A stretch of 32,000 bases of DNA from Candidatus Saccharimonadota bacterium (GTDB lineage Bacteria; Pseudomonadota; Gammaproteobacteria; Enterobacterales; Enterobacteriaceae), in contig NZ_LT667503.1 in NCBI RefSeq assembly GCF_900128735.1, positions 300,001-332,000 on the forward strand, given 5' to 3'. The position numbers and the translations under genes are program-made. Under the pieces are notes generated by a model that saw nothing but the letters and a program-made list of their open reading frames with translations, searched no databases and was not told the origin of the DNA. This document shows, piece by piece, positions 1 through 10,709 of this stretch (position 1 is its first letter; each line of letters begins with the position of its first letter).

Positions 1-565
1 TAAAAATTTTTACTTTTACAAAGATATTATAAATCTTTTTTATATATTGATTAAAATCTCCTCCTTGAAAAAGCTTAATTATAAAGTATCCTTTCCTTGA
101 TAAAAAACGATCTGCGATATAAATTGCTGAATCACTTAAATCAAATGCTTTCGAATTATCAATAATTGAGCAACCGCTAATATTTGGCGACATATCAGAT
201 ACAATTGCATTCCAATGATATTGTTTCGAAATAGAAACAATTTTTTTTAATATCACCGAATCAGCAATATCTCCTTTTAAAAATATTACCCTCTTCAACG
301 GTCTCATAGGTAAAAGATCGCAGGCTAAAATATGACCGGAGAATCCAATTTTTTTTTGTAAATATTCAGACCATCCGCCAGGAGAGGAACCTAAATCGAT
401 TACATTCATTCCTATTTGAAATATATTATATTTATCATCAATTTCTTTAATCTTAAACCAAGATCGTGCTCTTAAATTTTTAGAATTTCTTTCTTTAATA
501 TATGGGTCACGAAAATTTCTAGATAACCAATTTCTTGAACTATTAGTACGACGTTTTATATTCAT
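1..565 (-). CDS. rlmE: 23S rRNA 2'-O-ribose U2552 methyltransferase RlmE (FtsJ/RrmJ); C-terminus cut by the window edge
   Basis: Not in the ORF track because it runs off the left edge. Hand translation of the minus strand from the ATG at 565-563 gives MNIKRRTNSSRNWLSRNFRDPYIKERNSKNLRARSWFKIKEIDDKYNIFQIGMNVIDLGSSPGGWSEYL...VSDMSPNISG...FIIKLFQGGDF. This is colinear with E. coli RlmE, including the DLGxxPGGW SAM-binding motif. The frame stays open to position 1. Confidence 0.9.
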   Translation of the reverse strand, partial: MNIKRRTNSSRNWLSRNFRDPYIKERNSKNLRARSWFKIKEIDDKYNIFQIGMNVIDLGSSPGGWSEYLQKKIGFSGHILACDLLPMRPLKRVIFLKGDIADSVILKKIVSISKQYHWNAIVSDMSPNISGCSIIDNSKAFDLSDSAIYIADRFLSRKGYFIIKLFQGGDFNQYIKKIYNIFVKVKIF

Positions 566-818
566 TGGTATATTTTTATTAAAAATATATAATTAATTTA
601 AAATATTTTTAAAATCTTAAAGGTATATGAATAAATTAAGACATTATTCTAAAAAATAGTTTTAATGAATTTAAATCATTAAAAAATAATTGAAATAAAC
701 ATAAAAATTATTTTTTAAAACAGTTATAAATTTATAATCTGTAAAAAATAGAAAGTTTTTTCTCTTACTAAAATGATAAAAAAGAATTGACATGTATTCA
801 TAAAAAATTTTTTTTGAA

Positions 819-1295
819 TTAAATGTATTCAATTTTTATAATAATATACTTTATTAAACCTGAAGGGGTTTGGATTTCTACCTTATCTCCCCTTTTTTTT
901 CCAATTAAACCTCTAGCCAATGGAGAATAAATAGAAATAGATTTTTTTTTAAAGTTAGCTTCATCATCCCCTACAATAGTATATGTAAAAACATTATCTG
1001 TACAGATTTGCAAAACTGTTATTGTAGAACCAAAAATTACTAAATTACGATATAAAATTTTTTTAATGTTAATAACTTGTGCTTGAGATAATTTTACTTC
1101 AATACATCGAATTCTACTTTCACAAAAACTTTGCTCTTCACGCGCAGCATGATATTCAGCATTCTCTTTAAGATCTCCTAATTTCCGCGCTTCAGAAATT
1201 GCATTAATAATTTGAGGTCTTTTAAAAATTTTTAGCTTCTTTAGTTCTTTTTTTAATTTATTAAAACCTTTTATGGTCATCGGGATATAACTCAC
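819..1295 (-). CDS. greA: Transcription elongation factor GreA
   Basis: The ORF product ...[19 protein letters not shown]...[23 protein letters not shown] matches E. coli GreA (MQAIPMTLRG...[23 protein letters not shown]). The track start at 1322 is a TTG extension. A GTG at 1295-1293 gives [10 protein letters not shown], is 158 aa like E. coli, and has GAGGT about 10 nt upstream. The ATG at 1280 is an alternative start. Confidence 0.9.
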   Translation of the reverse strand: [158 protein letters not shown]

Positions 1296-1770
1296 TAAAT
1301 TTAAACCTCGCTGCAAAAACAATGAAAAACAAAATACAATAGTTAAATAATTTAAAAAAAAATATATATAAATAAAAAATTAATAAATTAATATTAAAAC
1401 AATTCAATTAATTTATCTACTATATATGAGTCTTTTTTAATAAAAAAAAAAAAAATAAAAATATAAACAACTGTTATATATAAATTTTTTTTTATTAATA
1501 CTTTTGATTACTTTACAATAAAATTTGTATACGTGCTATTATAAATATAAGCAATTAAAAAATTTATTTTTAAAAATAAATTCTTTATATATAGCAATTA
1601 TATTATAATCAAAATATAATTTTATGTATAATATAATTATTTAAAAAGAATATAAAAGATAGATAAAAACGTAAAAAATTCTTAGTGTTAATAGAAAATA
1701 TGTAATAAAAATATTTTTATCAAATAAAAAATTAAAAATTGATATATTAAATTAAGAAGATCATTATCAC

Positions 1771-2031
1771 ATGAACTATAAAGAAATTTCAGATTTACTA
1801 AAAAAAAAATTAAAATTATATAAAATATTTATTCAGGGAATAGAAAAAAATATTGAGATCACCGCAATAGGAAATATCTTTCAAAATAAAAAAACTATTA
1901 TTAAACAACAATTAATATATCAACCACTCATGCCTTATTTTGAAAAAAAAATAATCCATGCGGTAAAAATTAAAACATATTCTATTCTAGAATGGAAAAA
2001 AAATTTGAATAAATTTACTCACTATAAATGA
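1771..2031 (+). CDS. ibaG: BolA-family acid-stress/transcriptional regulator-like protein IbaG (YrbA)
   Basis: MNYKEISDLL...IEITAIGNIFQNKKTIIKQQLIYQPLMPYFEKKIIHAVKIKTYSILEW aligns along its whole length with E. coli IbaG (...[48 protein letters not shown]). It ends in TGA. Confidence 0.85.
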   Translation: MNYKEISDLLKKKLKLYKIFIQGIEKNIEITAIGNIFQNKKTIIKQQLIYQPLMPYFEKKIIHAVKIKTYSILEWKKNLNKFTHYK

Positions 2032-2815
2032 TTTGATTAAAAAAAACCTCAAAAATATATAATATAGATATCCCATGCAATAAAAAAAATTAATCTTTCT
2101 GTAAAAAAAATGAAAAATTGAATTTTTTTAGTACTAAAAAAGAGTGAATTTAATTGAAAAAAATTATTTTTATGATATAAAAAATATTTAAAAATCATTA
2201 ATATATATAATATCTTAATAAATCATGAAAAAAAAGTGATATAATTCTATTAATTTTTTTAATCATGTTCATATAAAAATTTTTTTAAAAAAAAAATTTA
2301 TGAAAATAAATTAATCATATTAATAGAAGTATTAATTTTCAAGAAAAAATTATACATAAAAAAAATAAAAAGACATAACTACCCAAAATAATTCAAATAA
2401 TTTCTATCTTATAATAAAAAATTATAAATTACTCATAAATAAAAGAAATCATTAATTCATTTAACAACCTTAAACATAATATTATATAATCAATATTAAA
2501 AAATAATTTTAATATATTTTAAAATACATCATTACCAAAAAAACCTTTATATTAACTATTATTTAAAATTTTAGAAATAAAAAAATAAAATTAATATGAT
2601 AACTATAATTTTATTAAATAAACGATAAATATAATATATAGTTTTATTATGCAAGATTCTTAAAAAAAGTTATATTTTTTTAAAAAAAAAGAATAACTTT
2701 TTAAATATTTATAAAAATATACAATAAAAGAGAAATATCACATATAAATGATAAAAATCAGATATCTTGTATTCGATATTTTTTAATAACAATAATTATC
2801 TTGGAATATATTATG

Positions 2816-3130
2816 ATGTACGCAATATTAATAGATAGAAATAAACAATACAAAATAAAATGTGGTGAAATAGTTAGATTAGAAAAAATTCAAAAAGAAA
2901 AAGGAAAGAAAATAATATTTAATGAGGTAATTTTATTCTCAAAAAATGGAAAAACTCAAATAGGAAAACCTATTTTAAGTAATATAATTATTGAAGGTCG
3001 TATAATTAATCATGGAAGAGAAAAAAAAATAAAAATTATTAAATTTAATCGTCGAAAACATTATAAAAAAACTCAAGGACATAGACAATATTATACTGAT
3101 ATATCAATAGAAAAAATTATTTTAAACTAA
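2816..3130 (+). CDS. rplU: 50S ribosomal protein L21
   Basis: [25 protein letters not shown]...[31 protein letters not shown] matches E. coli L21 (MYAVFQSGGKQHRV...VRLEKL...[21 protein letters not shown]). The track start at 2801 is a TTG extension. ATGs occur at 2813 and 2816, and 2816 matches the E. coli N-terminus. Confidence 0.93.
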   Translation: MYAILIDRNKQYKIKCGEIVRLEKIQKEKGKKIIFNEVILFSKNGKTQIGKPILSNIIIEGRIINHGREKKIKIIKFNRRKHYKKTQGHRQYYTDISIEKIILN

Positions 3131-3141
3131 AAGGAAAAAAA

Positions 3142-3393
3142 ATGGCGCATAAAAAAGCGGGTGGTTCTTCTCGAAATGGAAGGGATTCAAAATCTAAAAG
3201 ATTAGGAATAAAAAAATATTCTGGAGAATTTGTATTATCTGGAAATATAATCGTTAAACAAAGAGGAACAAAATTTCATCCTGGAAAAAATGTAAAATGT
3301 GGAAAAGACCACACATTGTTTTCTATTTCAAGTGGGTTTATAAAATTTGAAAAAAAAGGAAAAATAAAAAAAACATATGTGCATGTCTTATAA
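3142..3393 (+). CDS. rpmA: 50S ribosomal protein L27
   Basis: [25 protein letters not shown]...[11 protein letters not shown] is the canonical L27 N-terminus. An AAGGA Shine-Dalgarno lies upstream, and the gene directly follows rplU as in the rplU-rpmA operon. Confidence 0.97.
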   Translation: MAHKKAGGSSRNGRDSKSKRLGIKKYSGEFVLSGNIIVKQRGTKFHPGKNVKCGKDHTLFSISSGFIKFEKKGKIKKTYVHVL

Positions 3394-3463
3394 ACTAAAA
3401 ACTTTATAAAATTAATTAAATAAAAAAAATATACTAATAAAAAAAATTAAATATTACTTATAA

Positions 3464-4501
<1,038 letters not shown>

Positions 4502-4661
4502 TTAAAAAAGAGAAAAAGAATCCTGCATAGTTTTTAAGGAAATAAAAAAAAATTATTTTTTATAAAAATATAATGTATTAATGTATAAAAATATTTTAAT
4601 ATAATAAATATTATTTATTGATAAATAATTAAGCTTAGTTAAATATGTATCTATTATAAAA

Positions 4662-4688
4662 AACCCGGAGTATTTTTTGTCCCGGGTT
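4662..4688 (-). terminator. Rho-independent-terminator-like hairpin downstream of rpsI
   Basis: AACCCGG (4662-4668) pairs with CCGGGTT (4682-4688), giving a 7 bp stem and a 13 nt loop. This is one of the few GC-rich islands in intergenic DNA. On the minus strand it lies 24 nt after the rpsI stop and is followed by TTTTTATAA. Confidence 0.55.
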
Positions 4689-4711
4689 CTAATTATTTAA
4701 TAAATTTCAAA

Positions 4712-5104
4712 TTATCGTTTAGAAAATTGAGGTTTTTTACGAGCTTTGCGTAATCCAAATTTCTTTCTTTCAACTTGACGAGAATCTCGTGTTACAAAAC
4801 CAGCCTCTCTGAGATTAGCTCTTAATGTATCGTTATATTTAATTAACACACGAGTTATACCTTGACGGATTGCTCCTGCTTGCCCAGATGTTCCGCCTCC
4901 CTTTACAGTAATATAAAAATCAAATTTGTTTAACATGCCAACTAATTCTAATGGCTGTTTAACTATCATACAAGCGGTTTTTCTACTAAAATATCTCTCT
5001 AAAGACCTTTTATTAATTAAAATATTTCCTTTTCCTATACGTAAAAAAATACGCGCTGAAGAACATTTACGACGACCTGTTCCATAATGTATAATTTGTG
5101 ACAT
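4712..5104 (-). CDS. rpsI: 30S ribosomal protein S9
   Basis: The 130 aa product ends ...[12 protein letters not shown] and contains [19 protein letters not shown], the S9 signature. It is in the rplM-rpsI operon arrangement. Confidence 0.97.
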   Translation of the reverse strand: MSQIIHYGTGRRKCSSARIFLRIGKGNILINKRSLERYFSRKTACMIVKQPLELVGMLNKFDFYITVKGGGTSGQAGAIRQGITRVLIKYNDTLRANLREAGFVTRDSRQVERKKFGLRKARKKPQFSKR

Positions 5105-5132
5105 AGTTTTTTTAGAAATCCTTATAAGATAT

Positions 5133-5561
5133 TTATATATCTAAAAATATTGGTTTTTGTGCAATATGAGTATGTTGATTTAAAGAAAAAACTTTCATTT
5201 TTTTAAACATTAACTTTCCCAGAGTACCTTTAGGTAACATCCCTTTAACTGCTTTTTCTATAACACGTTCCGGATTATTAGCCATCATATATTTAAAATT
5301 AAACTGTTTTAAGCCTCCCACAAACCCTGTATGATGATAATATTTTTTATTAACTTCTTTTTTTCCAGTAACAATAATTTTTGAGGCATTAAGAACTATG
5401 ATATAATCTCCAGTATCTACATGCGGCGTATATTCCGGTTTATGTTTTCCGCGCAAACGTTTTGCAATTTCTGTAGCAAATCGTCCTAAAATTTTATTAG
5501 TTCCATCTACATAATACCAGTATCTTTTAACGTTTTTAATAGTTATTGAAAAGCTTTTCAT
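5133..5561 (-). CDS. rplM: 50S ribosomal protein L13
   Basis: The 142 aa product contains [45 protein letters not shown], which matches L13 (E. coli [45 protein letters not shown]). Confidence 0.97.
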   Translation of the reverse strand: MKSFSITIKNVKRYWYYVDGTNKILGRFATEIAKRLRGKHKPEYTPHVDTGDYIIVLNASKIIVTGKKEVNKKYYHHTGFVGGLKQFNFKYMMANNPERVIEKAVKGMLPKGTLGKLMFKKMKVFSLNQHTHIAQKPIFLDI

Positions 5562-5906
5562 AAAATATCACCTAAAATAAAAAAATTTATATTAAAATAT
5601 AAAAAATAATTTATTTACATTAAAAAAAATAAATAATATTTTAAATATTATAAAAGAAAAATATATTTAAATTACTAAAAATATTTATATAAACCTACCT
5701 AGAAAAATTTTTTTTAATAAATATATTTACACATAAATCTTACCCTTAAAAAGGATATATTTGTTTTAATATCTAAATAAAATACCTATTAATTATTTTC
5801 TATTTCATAGTAATATTATGTAATATAATAAACATACATCATATATATATTTAAAAATAAATTAGCTATTAATAATAATAGCGTATTAAAATGAGATATC
5901 CCATAA

Positions 5907-7067
5907 ATGAATAAAAAAAATATCTTAGACTTGTTACGAAATAAAATTAATTATATTGACCAAAAAATTATTACACTTTTGAGTCAAAGACAATCCTTAT
6001 CTATTGATATAATAAATAAAAAAATTAATTATGGATTAAAAATCCGCGATTCTATTCGTGAAAATATATTATTTAAAAAATTATATACACTCTGTTTAAA
6101 AAAAAATATTGATTATCAATATATTACAAAAATCTTTAAGACTATTATTAATAATTCAGTTCAAATACAAGAAGAATGGAATCAAAAAGTTAAAAAATTA
6201 GATATAGATAAAAAAAAAATAAATTGCGCAGTATTAGGTCCTCAAGGATCATATTCTAACCTACTTTTTAATATTTTATTAAAAGAAAAAAAATTTTTTC
6301 TGAAAGAGTATGAATGTTTAACGTTTGAATCTATTATTAAAAGTTTACATAATAATACCTGTCAATTTGCTTTATTACCTATTAAAAATAGTATTGCAGG
6401 TATAATTCCTGAAACTTATAAAATACTACAAAAACAAAAGTTATATATTATTCAAGAAATTTATGTAAAAATTAAACATAGTCTTCTAGCCGTCAAGGGA
6501 ACTTATTTTTCTCAAATAAATAATATATACAGTCACATACAACCTATACAACAATGCAGTATATTTATAAAAAATTTTTCACATTGGAAAATTAATTACA
6601 CAAATAGTACCGCAAAAGCCATGCAAACTATTTTTTTAAAAAACGATCATCATGTAGCAGTCATCGGCAATAAAAAAGGTGGAAAACTATATAATTTAAA
6701 AACACTTGCAAAAAATTTATCCAATAAACCAAACAATATTACTCGATTTATTCTATTATCAAAAAAGAAAAAAAAAATAATTCCAAACAAATCTCAAAAA
6801 ACTACATTTTTTATAAATTTTATAAATAATAATTTCAATATAAAAAATATCATAAATGTTTTCAGAGAAAAAAACTTAAATCTTGAAAATATCATAAAAT
6901 ACCCTGATATTAAAAATAACGATCAAGAAACATATTATTTTGATGTTGATTCAGTTATTAATATCTCTATACTAAAAAATTATTTAAAAATTTTTAAAAA
7001 AGAAATAAATAAAATAGATACGCTAGGGTCTTACGAAACTGTAAAAAAAGTAATAGATATTGAATAA
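5907..7067 (+). CDS. pheA: Bifunctional chorismate mutase / prephenate dehydratase (P-protein)
   Basis: The 386 aa product has an N-terminal chorismate mutase helix region (LLRNKINYIDQKIITLLSQRQSLSIDI) and a prephenate dehydratase core (CAVLGPQGSYSN ... NITRFILL). It also has a C-terminal ACT-like domain that aligns with E. coli PheA but has diverged motifs (see findings). Confidence 0.93.
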   Translation: MNKKNILDLLRNKINYIDQKIITLLSQRQSLSIDIINKKINYGLKIRDSIRENILFKKLYTLCLKKNIDYQYITKIFKTIINNSVQIQEEWNQKVKKLDIDKKKINCAVLGPQGSYSNLLFNILLKEKKFFLKEYECLTFESIIKSLHNNTCQFALLPIKNSIAGIIPETYKILQKQKLYIIQEIYVKIKHSLLAVKGTYFSQINNIYSHIQPIQQCSIFIKNFSHWKINYTNSTAKAMQTIFLKNDHHVAVIGNKKGGKLYNLKTLAKNLSNKPNNITRFILLSKKKKKIIPNKSQKTTFFINFINNNFNIKNIINVFREKNLNLENIIKYPDIKNNDQETYYFDVDSVINISILKNYLKIFKKEINKIDTLGSYETVKKVIDIE

Positions 7068-7213
7068 ACCAGTCAAAAAATCTTTTTAAAAAAAAATCAA
7101 GAAAAAATATTTTTTAAAAAAGAAATTATCAAAAATAAAGAATTTTTTAATTTTTATTAAAAAATTTTTATTGCAACTAAATTAATAAAAAAAAAATAAT
7201 ACCAAGGATTACT

Positions 7214-8560
7214 ATGTTTGAAAAACTAACAAAAAAAATTAAAAATATTTTTAAAAATATCACGCATCAAGGAATTTTAACTAAAAAAAATATCAAAAAT
7301 GCATTATATAAAGTACGTTGCGCACTCATTGAAGCCGATGTAGCATTAATTGTAATTGACTCTTTTTGTCAATCAATAAAAAAAAAAGCATTAGGAAAAA
7401 AAATAAATGAAAACTTAACTCCCGGTCAAACTTTAGTAAAAATCGTATTTAACGAATTAGTACAAATTATAGGAAAAAAACATGAAAAATTTCAATTTTC
7501 TAATAAAAAAATATCCATTGGTATGGTAATAGGTTTACCGGGCACCGGAAAAACAACAAATCTTGCCAAATTAGCTTATTATTTTAGTAAAAAAAATAAA
7601 AAAAAAATTTTAGTTACTTCAATTGATATCTATAGGCCTGCAGCTTTAAAACAATTAGACATGTTAATTAAAAAAACTGAAGCTCATTTTTTTTCTACTT
7701 CAAATACAGAAACGCCCCTGAAAATCGTTAAGAAAGCAATAAAATACGCAAATCAAAATTCATATGATATATTACTAATCGATACTCCAGGTACATTACA
7801 TACAGAAAAAAGAAAAATACAAGAATTACAAATGGTACATCATTATACCAAACCCACAGAAACATTATTAGTTGTTGATTCTATGACTGGACAAGATGCT
7901 ATTCATTCTATAAAAAAATTTAATGAATATTTCTCTTTATCCGGGTTAATTCTAACCAAATTAGATAGCGATACACGAGGAGGCGTCGCTTTATCAATAA
8001 AATTTTTAACCCAAAAATCTATTAAATATATAGGAAACGGAGAAAAAATTTATGACCTACAAAAATTTTATCCAGAAAGAATTGCAAAAAGAATTTTAGG
8101 AATGGGAGATATACTCTCAATAATTGATAAAATAACTATACAAATAAATGATCAAGACTCGCAAAAATTAAATAAAATAATTCAAAAAAAAGAAGAATTC
8201 AATTTAAACGATTTTTTAACTCATATAAAACAAATGAAAAAAATTAGTGGCTTTACATCATTATTAACTCAACTACCCATACAAAAATTAATAAATAATA
8301 CTTCAGCTTGTGCCTTTGATAAAAAATCATTAATTAAAATGGAAGCTATGATTAATTCCATGACAAAAAAAGAAAAAAAAAATCCTTATATTATCAAAAG
8401 TTCACAAAAAAAAAGAATATCCTTGGGATCCGGAGTAACAAGACAAGAAATTAATATTTATTTAAATCAATTTGAAACTCTTAAAAAAGTTATGAAAACA
8501 ATAAAACAACAAGGTTCTAAAAAAATATTCCAAAGAATAAAAAATTATTTAATAAAATAA
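7214..8560 (+). CDS. ffh: Signal recognition particle protein Ffh
   Basis: The 448 aa product has an SRP54-type GTPase with GLPGTGKTTN, DTPG and TKLDSDTRGG motifs, followed by a C-terminal M domain. An AAGGA Shine-Dalgarno lies upstream. Confidence 0.96.
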   Translation: MFEKLTKKIKNIFKNITHQGILTKKNIKNALYKVRCALIEADVALIVIDSFCQSIKKKALGKKINENLTPGQTLVKIVFNELVQIIGKKHEKFQFSNKKISIGMVIGLPGTGKTTNLAKLAYYFSKKNKKKILVTSIDIYRPAALKQLDMLIKKTEAHFFSTSNTETPLKIVKKAIKYANQNSYDILLIDTPGTLHTEKRKIQELQMVHHYTKPTETLLVVDSMTGQDAIHSIKKFNEYFSLSGLILTKLDSDTRGGVALSIKFLTQKSIKYIGNGEKIYDLQKFYPERIAKRILGMGDILSIIDKITIQINDQDSQKLNKIIQKKEEFNLNDFLTHIKQMKKISGFTSLLTQLPIQKLINNTSACAFDKKSLIKMEAMINSMTKKEKKNPYIIKSSQKKRISLGSGVTRQEINIYLNQFETLKKVMKTIKQQGSKKIFQRIKNYLIK

Positions 8561-8659
8561 AAAATTTATTTATTTTTGTTGATGTTATTTAAAATACTGT
8601 TGAAAATTATCTTCTTAGTATATTATACTATAATATAATAAAAATTATTGGAAAAAAAA

Positions 8660-8926
8660 ATGATTAAAATAAGACTAGCAAGACACGGATCAAAAAAAAA
8701 ACCATTTTATCAAATCATAGTAACAGATATACGTTCAGCACGTAACGGAAAATTTATTGAGCGACTTGGTTTTTTTAATCCTTTTGAAAAAAATGAAGAT
8801 AGAAAAGTAAAATTGATAAACAAAAGAATAAGTTATTGGTTAAAAAATGGAGCAAAAAAATCTAATAGAGTAAAAAATTTACTAAAAAAATATAATAAAA
8901 AAAAATCTTATAACAAAGATGAATAA
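8660..8926 (+). CDS. rpsP: 30S ribosomal protein S16
   Basis: MIKIRLARHGSKKKPFYQIIVTDIRSARNGKFIERLGFFNP matches E. coli S16 ([41 protein letters not shown]). The track start at 8648 is a TTG extension and the ATG is at 8660. Confidence 0.95.
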   Translation: MIKIRLARHGSKKKPFYQIIVTDIRSARNGKFIERLGFFNPFEKNEDRKVKLINKRISYWLKNGAKKSNRVKNLLKKYNKKKSYNKDE

Positions 8927-9434
8927 AAAAAACATTATTATAGGAAGAATTCATAAACCATACGGAATTTTTGGATGGTTACATATTATATCTTTTACAG
9001 AAATTAAAAAAAATATTTTTAATTATTTTCCGTGGAAGTTTCATACCTCAAAAGACATATATCAAAAAAAAGATGTGATATCTTGGAAAAAACACATAAA
9101 AGATTTTATTATTCTTTTTAAAAATGTAGAAAATCGTACTAATGCTTTTAAAATTTCTAAACAAAATATTATCATTCCAGCTAAGACGCTTCCTATTTTA
9201 AAAAAAAACGAATACTACTGGAATGATATCTTATCATGTCATGTGTATGATATTAACTCGCAATATTTAGGAGTTATTTTTAAAATTATTAATAATCATT
9301 TTTATGATTTATTAATGGTTAAAATAAACAAAGAAAGAAAAAAAAAAATAATATATATACCATTTATCATACCTAATATTATTAAAAAAATTGACCTGAT
9401 AAAAAAAATCATTATTGCACAATGGATAATATAA
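8919..9434 (+). CDS. rimM: Ribosome maturation factor RimM
   Basis: The 171 aa product begins IIGRIHKPYGIFGWLHIISFTE, which matches the RimM N-terminus (E. coli [21 protein letters not shown]). It overlaps the rpsP stop by 8 nt and sits in the rpsP-rimM-trmD-rplS operon order. Confidence 0.9.
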   Translation: MNKKNIIIGRIHKPYGIFGWLHIISFTEIKKNIFNYFPWKFHTSKDIYQKKDVISWKKHIKDFIILFKNVENRTNAFKISKQNIIIPAKTLPILKKNEYYWNDILSCHVYDINSQYLGVIFKIINNHFYDLLMVKINKERKKKIIYIPFIIPNIIKKIDLIKKIIIAQWII

Positions 9435-9460
9435 AATCTATTTATTATTAAGAATAAAAT

Positions 9461-10204
9461 ATGATGGAATTTAGTATTATTACAATTTTTCCAAAAATGT
9501 TTGATGCTATTTTAAATTATGGTATAACAAAACGCGCCATACAAAAAAATAAAATAAAAATAAATTTATGGAACCCCCGTGATTATAGTATCTATAAAAA
9601 TAAAAAAGTGGATCATAAAATATATGGCGGTGGACCAGGAATGTTAATGATGTTTTTACCGTTATTTAAAGCTTTAAAAGATGCAAAAAAAAAATCAAAA
9701 AAAAAAAATTTCGTTATCTATTTAACTCCACAAGGAAAAAAGTTACATCAAAATGCTTTAAAAAATTTTTATAAAAAAAAACATCTTATTTTTATTTGTG
9801 GACGCTACGAAGGTATTGATGAAAGGTTTATAGATAATCAAGTCGATGAAGAATGGTCGATCGGAGATTACATCTTAACTGGCGGAGAATTGCCAGCTAT
9901 GATTTTTATAGATGCTATTACAAGAACCTTACCCGGGGTATTAAATTCACCCACCTCTTTATTAGAAGAATCTTTTTACTCAGGATTGTTAGATTATTCA
10001 CATTATACAAGACCAAAAATAATCAATAATTTATCAGTACCTGCTGTATTATTATCTGGAAACCATAAAAATATAAAAAAATGGAGAATTGAAAGTTCAT
10101 TAAAAAACACTTTCTTAAAAAAACCGGAATTAATTAAAAAAAAAAAATTAACTGTACTCGAAAAAAAAATACTAAAAAAATACCAAAAAACATTAAAAAA
10201 ATAA
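9461..10204 (+). CDS. trmD: tRNA (guanine37-N1)-methyltransferase TrmD
   Basis: The product contains FSIITIFPKMFDAILNYGITKRA...YGGGPGMLMM...ICGRYEGIDERFID..EEWSIGDYILTGGELPAMIFIDAITR..PGVL, which covers the TrmD SPOUT-knot motifs. It contains in-frame A10, A12 and A12 runs. Confidence 0.96.
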   Translation: MMEFSIITIFPKMFDAILNYGITKRAIQKNKIKINLWNPRDYSIYKNKKVDHKIYGGGPGMLMMFLPLFKALKDAKKKSKKKNFVIYLTPQGKKLHQNALKNFYKKKHLIFICGRYEGIDERFIDNQVDEEWSIGDYILTGGELPAMIFIDAITRTLPGVLNSPTSLLEESFYSGLLDYSHYTRPKIINNLSVPAVLLSGNHKNIKKWRIESSLKNTFLKKPELIKKKKLTVLEKKILKKYQKTLKK

Positions 10205-10257
10205 AAAAATGATTTTGTTTTTTATGTATAAAAAATTATATAGGATATAATATTACA

Positions 10258-10605
10258 ATGAATAATATTATTAAAAAAATTGAGTCGGCATATATAAAAA
10301 AAAATATTACTTTTTTTTATCCAGGAGACTCAATACAAGTAAAAATTTGGGTGATTGAAGGAAAAAAAAAAAGAATACAAGCTTTTGAAGGAATTGTAAT
10401 TGCTAAACGAAATAGATTTTTAAACTCATCTTTTACTGTTCGTAAAATTTCAAATAATGAAGGTGTAGAAAGAGTTTTTAAAATTCACTCACCGAATATA
10501 CATGCAATAAAAATTATTAAAAAAGGACTAGTCCGTAGAGCTAAATTATACTATTTACGAAAACGTATAGGAAAATCTGCTCGTATTAAGGAACGTTTAT
10601 ATTAG
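10258..10605 (+). CDS. rplS: 50S ribosomal protein L19
   Basis: The 115 aa product contains [34 protein letters not shown]...[19 protein letters not shown], which matches L19. Confidence 0.96.
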   Translation: MNNIIKKIESAYIKKNITFFYPGDSIQVKIWVIEGKKKRIQAFEGIVIAKRNRFLNSSFTVRKISNNEGVERVFKIHSPNIHAIKIIKKGLVRRAKLYYLRKRIGKSARIKERLY

Positions 10606-10664
10606 AAAAATTTAAAAGAAAAATTTTAATATCAACTATTTTTATATTAAAAATTCATGTATTA

Positions 10665-10694
10665 TGCAGTCAGAATATTATTAATTTGACTGCA
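10665..10694. terminator. Hairpin between convergent rplS and tldD (possible bidirectional terminator)
   Basis: TGCAGTCA (10665-10672) pairs with TGACTGCA (10687-10694), a perfect 8 bp stem with a 14 nt loop. It lies 60 nt after the rplS stop and 16 nt after the tldD stop. The flanking U-tracts are weak. Confidence 0.45.
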
Positions 10695-10709
10695 CGATAT
10701 AAAAATATA

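Noticed and set aside
627-659. A short ORF (MNKLRHYSKK-stop) with an AAGG Shine-Dalgarno-like sequence, on the plus strand between rlmE and greA where yhbY sits in E. coli. It could be a yhbY relic.
   Set aside because: Only about 10 codons are available, and their resemblance to the YhbY N-terminus (MNLSTKQKQHLK) is too weak to separate from chance. The 253 bp gap is shorter than yhbY.
1296-1322. N-terminal extensions in the ORF track that begin at TTG codons (greA at 1322, rplU at 2801, rpsP at 8648, rluD at 14324).
   Set aside because: The extra residues have no counterpart in the E. coli homologues. Internal ATG or GTG starts reproduce the homologous N-termini and lengths.
2664-2702. A 39 bp near-perfect AT palindrome (AAAAAGTTAT...ATAACTTTTT) about 110 bp upstream of rplU, as a possible operator or terminator.
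   Set aside because: It is composed almost entirely of A and T runs. Palindromes of this type arise readily by chance in DNA this AT-rich, and it has no GC-clamped stem.
5891-5914. A mini-ORF (MRYPINE-stop) overlapping the pheA start, and a hairpin at 5865-5882, as a possible pheL leader/attenuator.
   Set aside because: The peptide has no Phe codons. The hairpin is a 7 bp AT-rich stem without a following T-run. Such structures are expected by chance in this composition.
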